DNA of 32,352 nucleotides from Thermodesulfobacteriota bacterium (GCA_040755455.1 JBFMAY010000046.1:1-32352), one strand, 5' to 3'. Positions 1 through 8,898 are shown, numbered from the stretch's first letter. The notes: a model not told the origin generated them from the sequence alone. Translations and numbers: made by a program.

Positions 1-1
1 T

Positions 2-116
2 CCTTGACAGGCTCCGCTCACGCTCCGCCTATCAAGGGCCTTCGAGCCGACTGCGATTCTCGGCACGAGAAGGAAAAAACGGACTTTCCTTCTCGTGCTT
101 GCGAGTCTCGCGGCTC
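2..116. repeat. Nested palindromic (REP/MITE-like) element, probably truncated by the window edge
   Basis: CCTTGACAGG (2-11) / CCTATCAAGG (28-37) hairpin with one mismatch. Perfect 14-bp stem GCACGAGAAGGAAA (63-76) / TTTCCTTCTCGTGC (85-98), enclosed by GAGCCG (44-49) / CGGCTC (111-116). Confidence 0.6.
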
Positions 117-271
117 AACAGCCGACGATGGATTCAGAACAAAAAACTGCTACTCAAGGCATGCTGCAGGGCAGGGAAGAGAGTCTTGTCGCGCTCATCA
201 ACGTCATAGAATAAGGCGAGCGTTTATTAAGGGTAGGTCCAGCAAAATGCGGCATGTGAGAAATACGCTGG

Positions 272-314
272 AAAAATAAAAAAGGGGTTACAAGCTGACC
301 GCCTATAACCCCTT
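272..314 (-). terminator. Intrinsic terminator downstream of tRNA-fMet
   Basis: Stem GGGGTTA (284-290) / TAACCCC (306-312), followed on the minus strand by a T-rich run (A-rich 272-283 on +), directly 3' of the tRNA. Confidence 0.75.
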
Positions 315-323
315 CGAATTTTC

Positions 324-400
<77 letters not shown>

Positions 401-413
401 TCTTATCTTTTTT

Positions 414-441
414 ATATTACTGCAAATTTACTAAAAGTCAA
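414..441 (-). promoter_or_regulatory. Putative sigma70 promoter of tRNA-fMet
   Basis: Minus strand TTGACT-N16-TAATAT, ending 13 nt upstream of the tRNA 5' end. Confidence 0.5.
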
Positions 442-479
442 GTTTTAAATTAGTACGGCGTTTTCCGGAGCGGTAATCG

Positions 480-1361
480 TCAGTCCCCTGATTTTTTGAG
501 GAAAAGGGTATTGAATTTCCCGGGTATTTTGATCTGAAACTCCAGACGTTTTCCCATGGTCGGGTGGGCAAAAGCAAGGTAATAGGCATGCAGGGCAAGG
601 CGACCCAATGGATCTGTTTTGGCTCCGTATTTTTTGTCGCCCACCACCGGATGACCGATGTCGGCCATGTGCACCCGAATCTGATTTTTCCTGCCGGTTT
701 CGAGAGTGATGTCCACGAGGGCGCAGTCGTTGCTCTCTTTCACCACTGCAAAGTTGGTCACGGAGAACCTGCCGTCCTCATCGCTGTCGCTGACCGAATA
801 TACCCGCAAGGATTTTGCCTCGCGCAACTGACTGGCCACCTGACCGGTCTTCTCTTTAGGGACTCCTTCGACAATGGCGGCATATTTTTTGTCAACGGTC
901 TGCCAATTTTCCTGCAGTGCCCGCTGGGCGGTTTCGTTTTTGGCGAAAACAAGCAAACCGGAGGTGTCGCGGTCTAATCTGTGGACAATGAAGATGCGTT
1001 GCTCAGGCGATCGGGTCCGTTCCCTGAGATAGGCGGTGAGTTTGTAATAGGCGGTTTTTATTTTTTCCTTTTCCGTGGCGATGGTCAACAGCCCAGCAGG
1101 TTTGTTGATGACAATAACAGCCTCATCCTCATAAACAATCTCCAGGCCGGGACACTGGTGGCCCTCTTCGCTCATCTCTTTTTCCGTCTTTATGACAATC
1201 TCATCCCCCGGCACCAGGCCGTGATCATGCCGCTTCACCGTCATGTCCCTGACAAGAACCGCCCGATGCTTGACCAGTTGCTTCACCTTTTTTTTCGAAT
1301 AGCCGCAAGCGGTCAACAACGAAAGAAGACTCATTTCTTCTTTTGCCACCATTTTTCTCAT
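480..1361 (-). CDS. RluA/RluC/RluD-family RNA pseudouridine synthase with N-terminal S4-like segment
   Basis: Motifs INKPAGL, VHRLDRDTSG (catalytic Asp), TGRKNQIRVH, GDKKYG and LALHA. RBS-like GAAAGGA upstream of the ATG. Confidence 0.93.
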   Translation of the reverse strand: MRKMVAKEEMSLLSLLTACGYSKKKVKQLVKHRAVLVRDMTVKRHDHGLVPGDEIVIKTEKEMSEEGHQCPGLEIVYEDEAVIVINKPAGLLTIATEKEKIKTAYYKLTAYLRERTRSPEQRIFIVHRLDRDTSGLLVFAKNETAQRALQENWQTVDKKYAAIVEGVPKEKTGQVASQLREAKSLRVYSVSDSDEDGRFSVTNFAVVKESNDCALVDITLETGRKNQIRVHMADIGHPVVGDKKYGAKTDPLGRLALHAYYLAFAHPTMGKRLEFQIKIPGKFNTLFLKKSGD

Positions 1362-1509
1362 GAATTTTCTTTCCTTTCAGGGCGTGTTGGCATGACAGTG
1401 GTTCCCGGACACGAAACAGGACGAGATAGGCAATCGGATCAGTATCAACCGGGTTGGGGGCGATCCAGGTTCAATGCCATCCTCTCTTGCAAGTCATCGG
1501 AGCATGGTT

Positions 1510-1629
1510 TCACGACCCTCCAAAGCTCTTCTTCTCTTCTTTTTTTGCCTTCTTGGCCATTTTTTTCTCTTTAGTTGTTTTTGCCGGTTTCTTTTTGCTT
1601 TCTTTCTTGCTGTCCTGTGCTTTGCTCAT
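1510..1629 (-). CDS. Small Lys-rich basic protein, 39 aa (MSKAQDSKKESKKKPAKTTKEKKMAKKAKKEEKKSFGGS); below the ORF-track cutoff
   Basis: Translated by hand from ATG at 1629 to TGA at 1510-1512. AAGGA RBS upstream, strongly biased K/A/E composition, co-oriented with the rluA-like gene. Confidence 0.7.
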   Translation of the reverse strand: MSKAQDSKKESKKKPAKTTKEKKMAKKAKKEEKKSFGGS

Positions 1630-1781
1630 GGCTTTTGAGTTCCTTAAGGTTGAATTAATAAGATGTCATCCACAACACAAAATATCTATAGAACATAATA
1701 CAATTATTTTGTAACTGAAGAATTTTTTTATCGGATTTTTTCTCAATTTTCCATATTTTTCATCAAAACAGCCAAAGGCGA

Positions 1782-1797
1782 AAATGTGTTCACATTT
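1782..1797. promoter_or_regulatory. Palindromic candidate operator AAATGTG-TT-CACATTT
   Basis: Perfect 7-bp inverted repeat in the intergenic region upstream of the small basic ORF and the rluA-like gene. Confidence 0.35.
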
Positions 1798-2004
1798 GTG
1801 GCCGCCGCTGCATCAAGCATTGGATGTCGCTTGAGGACAAGCCCGAGAAATAAACTGTGATAACAAACGGTTATTGGGAAGACGTCAGAGCGACGAGCTT
1901 AGGAAGGATGAGGGGAAGGCCAATAAGTAGTGGTCTGTTGTTAGGTTCTTTGGATAGCTTTGGAAAACGGCGAGATATAAGAATATGATATTACTTGGTA
2001 TTGC

Positions 2005-2080
2005 TGGAGCCACCTGCCGGGATCGAACCGGCGGCCTTCGGGTTACGAATCCGATGCTCTACCAACTGAGCTAAGGTGGC
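2005..2080 (-). tRNA. tRNA-Thr(CGT)
   Basis: Reverse complement GCCACCTTAGCTCAGTTGGTAGAGCATCGGATTCGTAACCCGAAGGCCGCCGGTTCGATCCCGGCAGGTGGCTCCA. Cloverleaf, CGT anticodon, CCA end. Confidence 0.95.
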
Positions 2081-2135
2081 CCTCAAGTTGCCATCTTTTA
2101 GCAAATTGCAGCACAAGGTGTCAAGGTTTCTCTCA

Positions 2136-3149
2136 TCAAATAATGGTTAAGCCGGCCAGTTGCTGGTCAGGCAGGGGAGAGGAGCATAGCAAGGTATCTC
2201 TCCGATCCTGCCTCACTTTTACCTGGGCTTCCAGCGGTCCGTCTGGAATTTTTCTGCCGTACCGGACGACCAGGGCTGCGCTGAGGCTGATATCGGCGGG
2301 GTGACAGGAATAACGGAGCAGGGCGGTGGGACCCGGCCTGTTATGAAGGCTTAATAGCAGATCACCCGGCTGGCGGAGCCGCAGGACGGCAGCGTTCTCT
2401 TCCTGACTGCGGCCGATGGCAAGCCAGCCGGCATGGGGTAATCTGAATTGCCGGCCGACAAGCAGAAAACGGACGTCCTCCCTGTTGACCGGAACTGACT
2501 GGCTGTAAAGCATCCTGATGCGTTTGGCCAGATTGAGGTCGGTCAGAACACAGCCTCCTGCCGGATTCGGGTAGCCGGTTATGCCGAAGCCGGCCGCGAG
2601 TTCGATCTGCTGCGACCTGCCGCGACCGCTGCAATACGGGAGTTTCTCCCGGTCAATGACCCCTGCCAGTTCAGCTTGGGTCGGTTTCTGGCTCCTGGCG
2701 CATAAAGGGCGCAGCAGGAAAGAATCGGTGCCGCTGTCGCGTTCGATGACGCGCAGGGTATCCTTGCGCTGGGACATGGGCCGCTGGCCAACCACTTCGC
2801 CGGTGATGATAAAGGAGGCCTGATATGTGGCCATCAGCTTTTTTGCCTCGGTGAGCATGAGGATCTTGCAGTCGATGCAGGGATTGAAGTGCTTGCCAAA
2901 GCCATGGGGAGGATCATGCAGCATCTGCAGATACGGATCAGTGATATCCCTGACCTCGACATCAATAGCATACTTTTCCCGGATTTTTTTTCTGTATCGC
3001 GCCTCTGTGGCCAGCAGGTCATAGTCGAAAAAGGGGGTAACGAATTTAATGGCCCTGACCCTGACTCCCTGTTCCGCCACCACCCTGCAGGCCAGAATGC
3101 TGTCCAGTCCGCCGGAAAAAAGGGCGATCGCCGTAGGTTGGTTGTCCAT
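2136..3149 (-). CDS. ThiI/MnmA-like PP-loop tRNA sulfurtransferase-family protein (no THUMP domain, C-terminal DUF814-like region)
   Basis: SGGLDS PP-loop close to the N-terminus, CIDC, TGEVVGQRPMSQ and AGGC motifs. The true start is most likely MDNQPT at 3149, because the ORF-track start overlaps recN. Confidence 0.8.
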   Translation of the reverse strand: MDNQPTAIALFSGGLDSILACRVVAEQGVRVRAIKFVTPFFDYDLLATEARYRKKIREKYAIDVEVRDITDPYLQMLHDPPHGFGKHFNPCIDCKILMLTEAKKLMATYQASFIITGEVVGQRPMSQRKDTLRVIERDSGTDSFLLRPLCARSQKPTQAELAGVIDREKLPYCSGRGRSQQIELAAGFGITGYPNPAGGCVLTDLNLAKRIRMLYSQSVPVNREDVRFLLVGRQFRLPHAGWLAIGRSQEENAAVLRLRQPGDLLLSLHNRPGPTALLRYSCHPADISLSAALVVRYGRKIPDGPLEAQVKVRQDRRDTLLCSSPLPDQQLAGLTII

Positions 3150-3168
3150 TTGTGTGAAAAAAGTCCGG

Positions 3169-4833
3169 TTATTGATTGCGGTTGAGCAGTTCCGTGACAT
3201 AGGCCATGGTCTGCGGGGTGACCGAATCACCGTCAAGCATGCCGGCAAGCTCCGTCACTTTCTCTGTTTCATCAAGACGAACAATGTCGGTGTGGGTCCG
3301 GTCATTGCTGACATGTTTGCTCACCCGGTAATGGTCATGGGCGCAGGAGGCGATCTGGGCCAGATGGGTGATGCAGATAACCTGATGATGGGTGGCCAGT
3401 TCCTTGATTTTTCTGGCCACCGCCTCTGCCGCCTTGCCGCTTATGCCGGTGTCCACCTCGTCAAAGATGACGGTTTCAACCTGGTCCTTGCGGGCGAGCA
3501 GACATTTGAGGGCCAGCAGCAGGCGGGATAATTCACCGCCTGAGGCGATCTGCGCGATCGGCTTGACCGGTTCCCCGGGATTGGCCGAGAACATGAAAGA
3601 AGGTCGGTCAGCCCCGGTGCGGCCGAGGGAGGTCAGGGACGGTTCGCTCTCGGAAAATTTTATCTCAAACAGTGCGCGATCAAGACAGAGGGAGTGCAAT
3701 TCGTTTCTGATGGTATCAGCCAGGGTTTGCCCTGTTTTTTGCCGCGCCAGGGATAGCGCAGTGGCGGCTGACAGCAGCCCGTCTTCAATCTTGGCCAGTT
3801 CCTTTTCAAGTTTTTCCAGGCGAACGTCAAGGGCTTCAAGTTCCTCAAGCTCCCGGGCCGCGTTGCTGCCATGGCTGATGACATCGGCCAGCTGCGGCCC
3901 GTATTTTCTTTTCAGCTGCTGCAGAATATCAAGGCGGGCCATGACGGTCTCAAGTGCCTTGGGGTCATCGGTAATGGCGTCGAGATAGTCACGCAGTCCT
4001 GCCAGCTTTTCTTCCAGCTGATAGGTAAGTCCTGCAATCTCTTCGGACAGGGGGGCGATGCTTGCGTCAAGTTCGCTCATCTGCGCGAGGTTTTTCCGGG
4101 CCTGGGCCAATGGATCGATGGCATCGTAAAGGAGCGAGTAACTCTTTCTGCCAAGCCGGTTCAGGTCATCGGCGCTTTTGAGCCGCTGTTTTTCCATGAC
4201 CAGCCTGTCGTCTTCTTCAGGGACGAGCCTGGCTTCCGTGATCTCCCGCACCTGAAAGGCGAGAAAATCTTTGCGCTGTTCCTTTTCCATTTCTTTCTGG
4301 CGCAGATCATCATACTCATTTTTTTTCTGCTGCCAGGCGTCGTATTGTCTGGAAAAATCGAGACGCTGCTGCCAGAGGTCACCCACGGCATCAATGAAAT
4401 CAAGATGATAACGAGAGGCGAGCAGCTGCTGGTGGTCATGCTGGCTTGCCACGCTGAACAGCTCTTCCGCCAGTTCGCCGGTGATTTTTGCCGTGGCCGG
4501 GCTGCCGTTGATATAAAAACGGCTGCGGCCATTGACGGCCAGAACCCTTTTGATGACAATGGTGCCGTCTGCGTCAAAACCCTGCTCCCTGAGTTTTTCC
4601 AGGACCTGGGAGTGATCGGCGCCGACCTCAAAAAGTGCCTCGATGGTGGTGCTCTCGGTGCCGCTTCTGACCCATGTGGCAGATCCCTTGCCGCCGGAAA
4701 GCAGATGAATGGCCTGCAGGATGATGGATTTGCCGGCGCCGGTCTCTCCGGTAAGCACGGAAAGCCCGCCGGCAAAGGCAAGAGACAGCTTTTCAATAAG
4801 GGCCAGGTTGGTTATGTGCAACTCGCAGAGCAT
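3169..4833 (-). CDS. recN: DNA repair protein RecN
   Basis: Walker A TGETGAGKS, long coiled coil, SANPGE..ASGGELSR signature, Walker B IFDEVDTG, ITHLAQIA; 554 aa. Confidence 0.97.
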   Translation of the reverse strand: MLCELHITNLALIEKLSLAFAGGLSVLTGETGAGKSIILQAIHLLSGGKGSATWVRSGTESTTIEALFEVGADHSQVLEKLREQGFDADGTIVIKRVLAVNGRSRFYINGSPATAKITGELAEELFSVASQHDHQQLLASRYHLDFIDAVGDLWQQRLDFSRQYDAWQQKKNEYDDLRQKEMEKEQRKDFLAFQVREITEARLVPEEDDRLVMEKQRLKSADDLNRLGRKSYSLLYDAIDPLAQARKNLAQMSELDASIAPLSEEIAGLTYQLEEKLAGLRDYLDAITDDPKALETVMARLDILQQLKRKYGPQLADVISHGSNAARELEELEALDVRLEKLEKELAKIEDGLLSAATALSLARQKTGQTLADTIRNELHSLCLDRALFEIKFSESEPSLTSLGRTGADRPSFMFSANPGEPVKPIAQIASGGELSRLLLALKCLLARKDQVETVIFDEVDTGISGKAAEAVARKIKELATHHQVICITHLAQIASCAHDHYRVSKHVSNDRTHTDIVRLDETEKVTELAGMLDGDSVTPQTMAYVTELLNRNQ

Positions 4834-4841
4834 TTTTTAAT

Positions 4842-4922
4842 TTGACAAATTGTGAATGTTCATTGATAATCGTTTGAAATAATGGAACTTACAAAATACA
4901 TTTTTTACTGAGTTGTTGTCAA
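4842..4922. promoter_or_regulatory. Face-to-face sigma70-like promoters for the M48 protease gene (+) and recN (-)
   Basis: Plus strand TTGACA (4842-4847)-N17-GATAAT (4865-4870). Minus strand TTGACA (4922-4917)-N18-TATTTT (4898-4893). Confidence 0.5.
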
Positions 4923-4991
4923 TTTCATTTGCCGATAATCCTTGTTTTCCCCGAGCCTTTCTTAATTCTTTTCGTTTAAAGGCCTCTTTAA

Positions 4992-6431
4992 TTGTCGATA
5001 TTACACTTTCATTTAGCTGTTGCGGTTAAACGTTTTATTGCCCTGGTTGTCCTGTTTCTTTTCATCTCGGTCGACTGTCTGACCTTTTTTTCTCCGGCAA
5101 CGGTGCATGCTTTTTCCATCAAGGAGGAACGGGAGTATGGCGAAAACATGCTGGCCGTTATCCGCAGGGAATTCAAGTTGGTGGATGAGCTTGACGTCAG
5201 CCAGTATGTCAATGGCCTCGGTGATTCCATTCTTGCCCAGGCCGGGCCTCAGTTTTTCGATTACCATTTCTATGTCATCGACAATAAGGAATTCAATGCC
5301 TTTGCCACTCCTTCCGGCCTGATTTTTTTTCATTCCGGCATCATCAACGCCATGGACAATGAAGGTGAATTTGTCAGTGTCCTGGCCCATGAATGCGGCC
5401 ATGTCATTAGCCGTCACATTGCCGAGCGCATAGAAAAGTCATTCAAGATCAGCGCCAGCACACTGGCCATGATGCTGGCCGGAATCGCTCTCGGCGGCGG
5501 CGCGCTCTCCCAGGCTTTGGTTACGGGGGGTATGGCCACCGGTGCCGCCATGAGCCTGGCCTTTACCCGGCAGGATGAGGAAGAGGCGGACCGGATCAGT
5601 TTCAATCTGATGGACAGTCAGCAGAGGAACCCTCAGGACATGCTCACCATGCTGAACAAGATGTACAAGGAGTCAAAGATCAGGATGGGCAATATTCCCC
5701 CGTATCTTCTGACTCATCCCCAACCAAAACTTCGTATGAGCTATGTGGAGGATCTGCTTCATGTCAAGGGCGAGGCGCAGTACCGCAAGTTTGATCAGTT
5801 TGCTTTCCGCCGCATGCAGATCAGGGTGTCTTCCTTAACGGTGGAACCGCAGAAACTGTACGGCAAATATCGAAAGGAGGTCAGGGAGGCATCGGACGAG
5901 GAAAGCAAAATGATGGGAACCTACGGCCTGGCCCTGGCGGACTTGTCCACCGGCAACCATGAGCAGGCCGTGGAGAAATTGCGGCAGGTGATGCAGTTTT
6001 ATCCGGATAAGCCGATTCTGCTCACCGATCTGGGCATTATTTATCTGCAATGGGGCCAGCTTGAAACCGCCCTTATGTATCTGGAAGATGCCCGCAATAA
6101 AGATCCTGGCAGCTGGTACAGCAACTTTTATCTCGCCCTGGCGCTCCAGCAGTCTGGCGATGATAAAAGGGCCGAAGCCCTTTACCTGCAGATTTTGGAC
6201 AGCAGCTTTGATTATCCCAAGGCCTATTTCCAGCTTGCACAGATTGAGTCCAAAAAGGGGAACCAGGCCCTATCTCATCTCTATCTGGGCAAGAATTCCT
6301 ATTATGAAGGCAATTTTACCAACAGCACCTTTCACCTCAAAAAAGCCCTCGCACTTTCCGCCTCCGGTCGAGACAGGGAAGAAATACAGGAAATGTTAGA
6401 TAGGATTAAGAAGATCGAAAGAGAGATGTAA
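4992..6431 (+). CDS. M48-family zinc metalloprotease with C-terminal TPR repeats (BepA/YfgC-like)
   Basis: N-terminal hydrophobic signal/anchor, NAFATPSG, HECGH zinc motif, EEEAD, YLLTHP, followed by TPR-like helical repeats. The exact start is uncertain (TTG at 4992). Confidence 0.88.
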   Translation: MSILHFHLAVAVKRFIALVVLFLFISVDCLTFFSPATVHAFSIKEEREYGENMLAVIRREFKLVDELDVSQYVNGLGDSILAQAGPQFFDYHFYVIDNKEFNAFATPSGLIFFHSGIINAMDNEGEFVSVLAHECGHVISRHIAERIEKSFKISASTLAMMLAGIALGGGALSQALVTGGMATGAAMSLAFTRQDEEEADRISFNLMDSQQRNPQDMLTMLNKMYKESKIRMGNIPPYLLTHPQPKLRMSYVEDLLHVKGEAQYRKFDQFAFRRMQIRVSSLTVEPQKLYGKYRKEVREASDEESKMMGTYGLALADLSTGNHEQAVEKLRQVMQFYPDKPILLTDLGIIYLQWGQLETALMYLEDARNKDPGSWYSNFYLALALQQSGDDKRAEALYLQILDSSFDYPKAYFQLAQIESKKGNQALSHLYLGKNSYYEGNFTNSTFHLKKALALSASGRDREEIQEMLDRIKKIEREM

Positions 6432-6453
6432 ATAATGTTCTTCACTTTGCATC

Positions 6454-8676
6454 ATGGTAAGCCCGCATCCCGGTAAAACCGGCATCGACTGGGCTGTCGG
6501 CCGCAAAATATTTGGCTTTACCATAAGCGGCATCCGGTCTGGCCCGTTACATAGCGAATATGGCCTTTCTCAACCTGGCTGGCAGGATGAGCTGGTTGTC
6601 AGAGTGCCCCACCAGGCGCTGTTCAAAACACCAAAGGAGCAGCAGTCTTTTACCGAGAAAATTCACCAGTGGGTCCGTCTCGGCATGCATCCCCATCTCG
6701 AAGCCTGCTTCGGCCTGGCTCCCGGTGACGCCTCGGCATATTTTCTTGAAGATAGCAATGGCGCCACCCTGACAAACTGGCTCAGATCCGGGCAATGCAC
6801 CTTAAGGACTATTCTTTCCTTGCTCATGCAGATCTGCCACGGACTTGAATATCTCCACAACCACGGCATTTTTCATCAGGGTCTGTCATCTGACCGGGTT
6901 ATCATTACCCCCGGTTCGCTGGCCAAAATAAAGGAGATTGTCCGGCCTGGGCCCGCCGGAGAGCAGAGCCGGCCTGGGTCTGCGCAATGTGATATCCGGG
7001 GATTGGGCGACCTGCTGCGGATGATTCTCTTCTTGGATTTCGTGCCTGTACAAACCGAGACCCTTACACATGTCAGTGCCCGGGATCTGCCTGGCCACTT
7101 GCAAAGCCATGCGAAGTTCCTGGTTCCTGTTCTGGAAAAATGTGCAGCGCCGCCAGGCAGAGGCTATCCGGATGTCTCCTCTCTGCGCGATGATCTCAAC
7201 CGGGTGTATCGCCAGGCATACGGACTTGACTGTCCCTATGAGTCGCTTGCAACCGATCTCCGGGCCGAGAGTTTCAACAACCAGGCTGTTGTCTGCTTTG
7301 CCACCGGCAGATTCAGGGAAGGTCTGGTCAAGCTGCAACAGGCGCTTGCTTTGCACGACAGACTTTCTGAGGCTGTTTATAATCTGATCCTCTACAAGCT
7401 GCGTTCAGGATTATTTTCCCCGGCCAGGATTCTGCTGATGATTGACGCAGCCATGGTGGACAGTGGCGTTGCCGGTTATCTGACCGCTCTCAAAGCCCAG
7501 GTCAGCAAAATGAAGGGGAAGCAACAGCAGAAAATGATAGCGCTGCCCTCCTTTCTGCTCTGCTCGGCGCCGAACTCCCTCTCTCTCTACCGGCAGGCAA
7601 GGAAGAAAATTAAAAAGCATCAGGAAATTGAAAAGCATCTTGAGCAACTGCGTTACGAAGCCTGTCTTAAGTCTCTTCTGTCATCATGGAGGCAGACGAG
7701 ATTTGAAAAGGATACTTTTTTTTCGGCAATCCATGACAGGCTTTTCGGCAAAAGCGATAAGGGTGAAATTGCTGGGGTGCAGAGATATGCGACCTTGCAG
7801 AGTCTTGGCCGCCCGGTCCAGCACCTGGCTTATTTACCCGGTACCCGCAAGATTGTCGAAGCAGGGGGAGATGACCAGATCCGCATCCGCAACTACGGAC
7901 CCGGCAGCAAGGTAACCACCATCAACACCGGGGGCCAGGCTGTCGCAAGCCTAGCCGTATCACCCGACGGCAGAATCATAGCTGCCGGTACTGCAGAGGG
8001 GGCAATCGTTTTCTGGCAAGGCAGGGCAGGGCATGCGCAGCTGTGGCGGGCAACCACCCACCATGGCCCGGTGAACGCCATGGATTTCAGCCGAGATGGT
8101 CGTTTTTTTGCCAGTGGCGGAGCGGACGGCACAATGGTTGTCCGCACCATGACCACGGGCCGGGAAAAAATGGTGATTGCCTGGGATGACCGGCAGGTTG
8201 CCTGCCTCTCTTTTGTTGCCAATGGGCTTGATCTTGTCACCGGCAGTGATGCTGGAGAAATAAAGATCTGGGCCGCGCGCGGGAAAAAATGCCTGCAGCG
8301 CATAACGGCCCATGCCGCACCGGTATCCTCTCTTTCCGTTGCCCCCAAAGGAGATTTTTTTGCCTCGGCCGGCGGTGAAGAAATTAAGCTATGGGATATC
8401 CACACCGGCCAGTGCCTGCAGCAGATGCCGCCCCATCGGGGGGGAAGAACGCTGGTGCTGCTGCTTGATGACAATCGTCATCTGGTCTGTGCCGGCATGG
8501 ATGATGTGATCCGCATCCGGGATCTGATTACCGGGGAGGAGGTGGCGATGCTTGACGGCAGGGGAAATGGCATAGGCTGTCTGGTAAAAGGCTCCCATCC
8601 CCATTTTTTCTTTGCCGGCCAGCAGGGGGGCACCTTGCTGATCTGGAAAATCATTTATCATCTTCTTTTCACCTGA
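6454..8676 (+). CDS. Degenerate Ser/Thr-kinase-like domain + TPR-like segment + WD40 beta-propeller protein
   Basis: Kinase-fold remnants (WVRLGMHPHL, QICHGLEYLHNHGIFH). TPR-like segment NNQAV..EAVYN. About 6-7 WD40-like repeats (VASLAVSPDG..IVFW, VNAMDFSRDG..ASGGADG, EIKIW, EIKLWD, LLIWK). Confidence 0.75.
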   Translation: MVSPHPGKTGIDWAVGRKIFGFTISGIRSGPLHSEYGLSQPGWQDELVVRVPHQALFKTPKEQQSFTEKIHQWVRLGMHPHLEACFGLAPGDASAYFLEDSNGATLTNWLRSGQCTLRTILSLLMQICHGLEYLHNHGIFHQGLSSDRVIITPGSLAKIKEIVRPGPAGEQSRPGSAQCDIRGLGDLLRMILFLDFVPVQTETLTHVSARDLPGHLQSHAKFLVPVLEKCAAPPGRGYPDVSSLRDDLNRVYRQAYGLDCPYESLATDLRAESFNNQAVVCFATGRFREGLVKLQQALALHDRLSEAVYNLILYKLRSGLFSPARILLMIDAAMVDSGVAGYLTALKAQVSKMKGKQQQKMIALPSFLLCSAPNSLSLYRQARKKIKKHQEIEKHLEQLRYEACLKSLLSSWRQTRFEKDTFFSAIHDRLFGKSDKGEIAGVQRYATLQSLGRPVQHLAYLPGTRKIVEAGGDDQIRIRNYGPGSKVTTINTGGQAVASLAVSPDGRIIAAGTAEGAIVFWQGRAGHAQLWRATTHHGPVNAMDFSRDGRFFASGGADGTMVVRTMTTGREKMVIAWDDRQVACLSFVANGLDLVTGSDAGEIKIWAARGKKCLQRITAHAAPVSSLSVAPKGDFFASAGGEEIKLWDIHTGQCLQQMPPHRGGRTLVLLLDDNRHLVCAGMDDVIRIRDLITGEEVAMLDGRGNGIGCLVKGSHPHFFFAGQQGGTLLIWKIIYHLLFT

Positions 8677-8868
8677 CAGGCATTTTTACGTTAATACACG
8701 GTAGCCTCAATAAGCCCTGACAGTCCGGCGCATGATAATGAAAAAAACAGACATACCTTGCCGGACTATGTGGTATGATTTTTTACGGGTATGCTCTTGC
8801 ATGACTCTTCATTCAGTCATATTTTATTGATAATTAAGATAAAAAAATGGCTGGAAATTTCCGGATTC

Positions 8869-8898
8869 TTGCTAGGTGCGCAGTGGGCTGGTTATAAT
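8869..8898 (+). promoter_or_regulatory. Putative sigma70 promoter upstream of the rtcB locus
   Basis: TTGCTA (8869-8874)-N18-TATAAT (8893-8898). Confidence 0.45.

Noticed and set aside
4..279. 91-aa ORF at the window start
   Set aside because: It runs through a palindromic element, has no RBS or recognisable motif, and is likely spurious.
401..2004. Possible tRNA-integrated islet between tRNA-Thr and tRNA-fMet
   Set aside because: I found no duplicated tRNA 3' end (att site), no integrase, and only housekeeping-type content.
3150..3248. N-terminal extension of the ThiI-like ORF in the track
   Set aside because: It overlaps the recN 3' end in another frame; the family-like sequence starts at MDNQPT (3149).
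3871..4845. 324-aa + strand ORF
   Set aside because: Antisense shadow of recN with no motifs.
8787..8802. GG-N10-GC sigma54-like site upstream of rtcB (CGGGTATGCTCTTGCA)
   Set aside because: The -24 element departs from TGGCAC, the site is over 500 bp from rtcB, and no rtcR is in the window.
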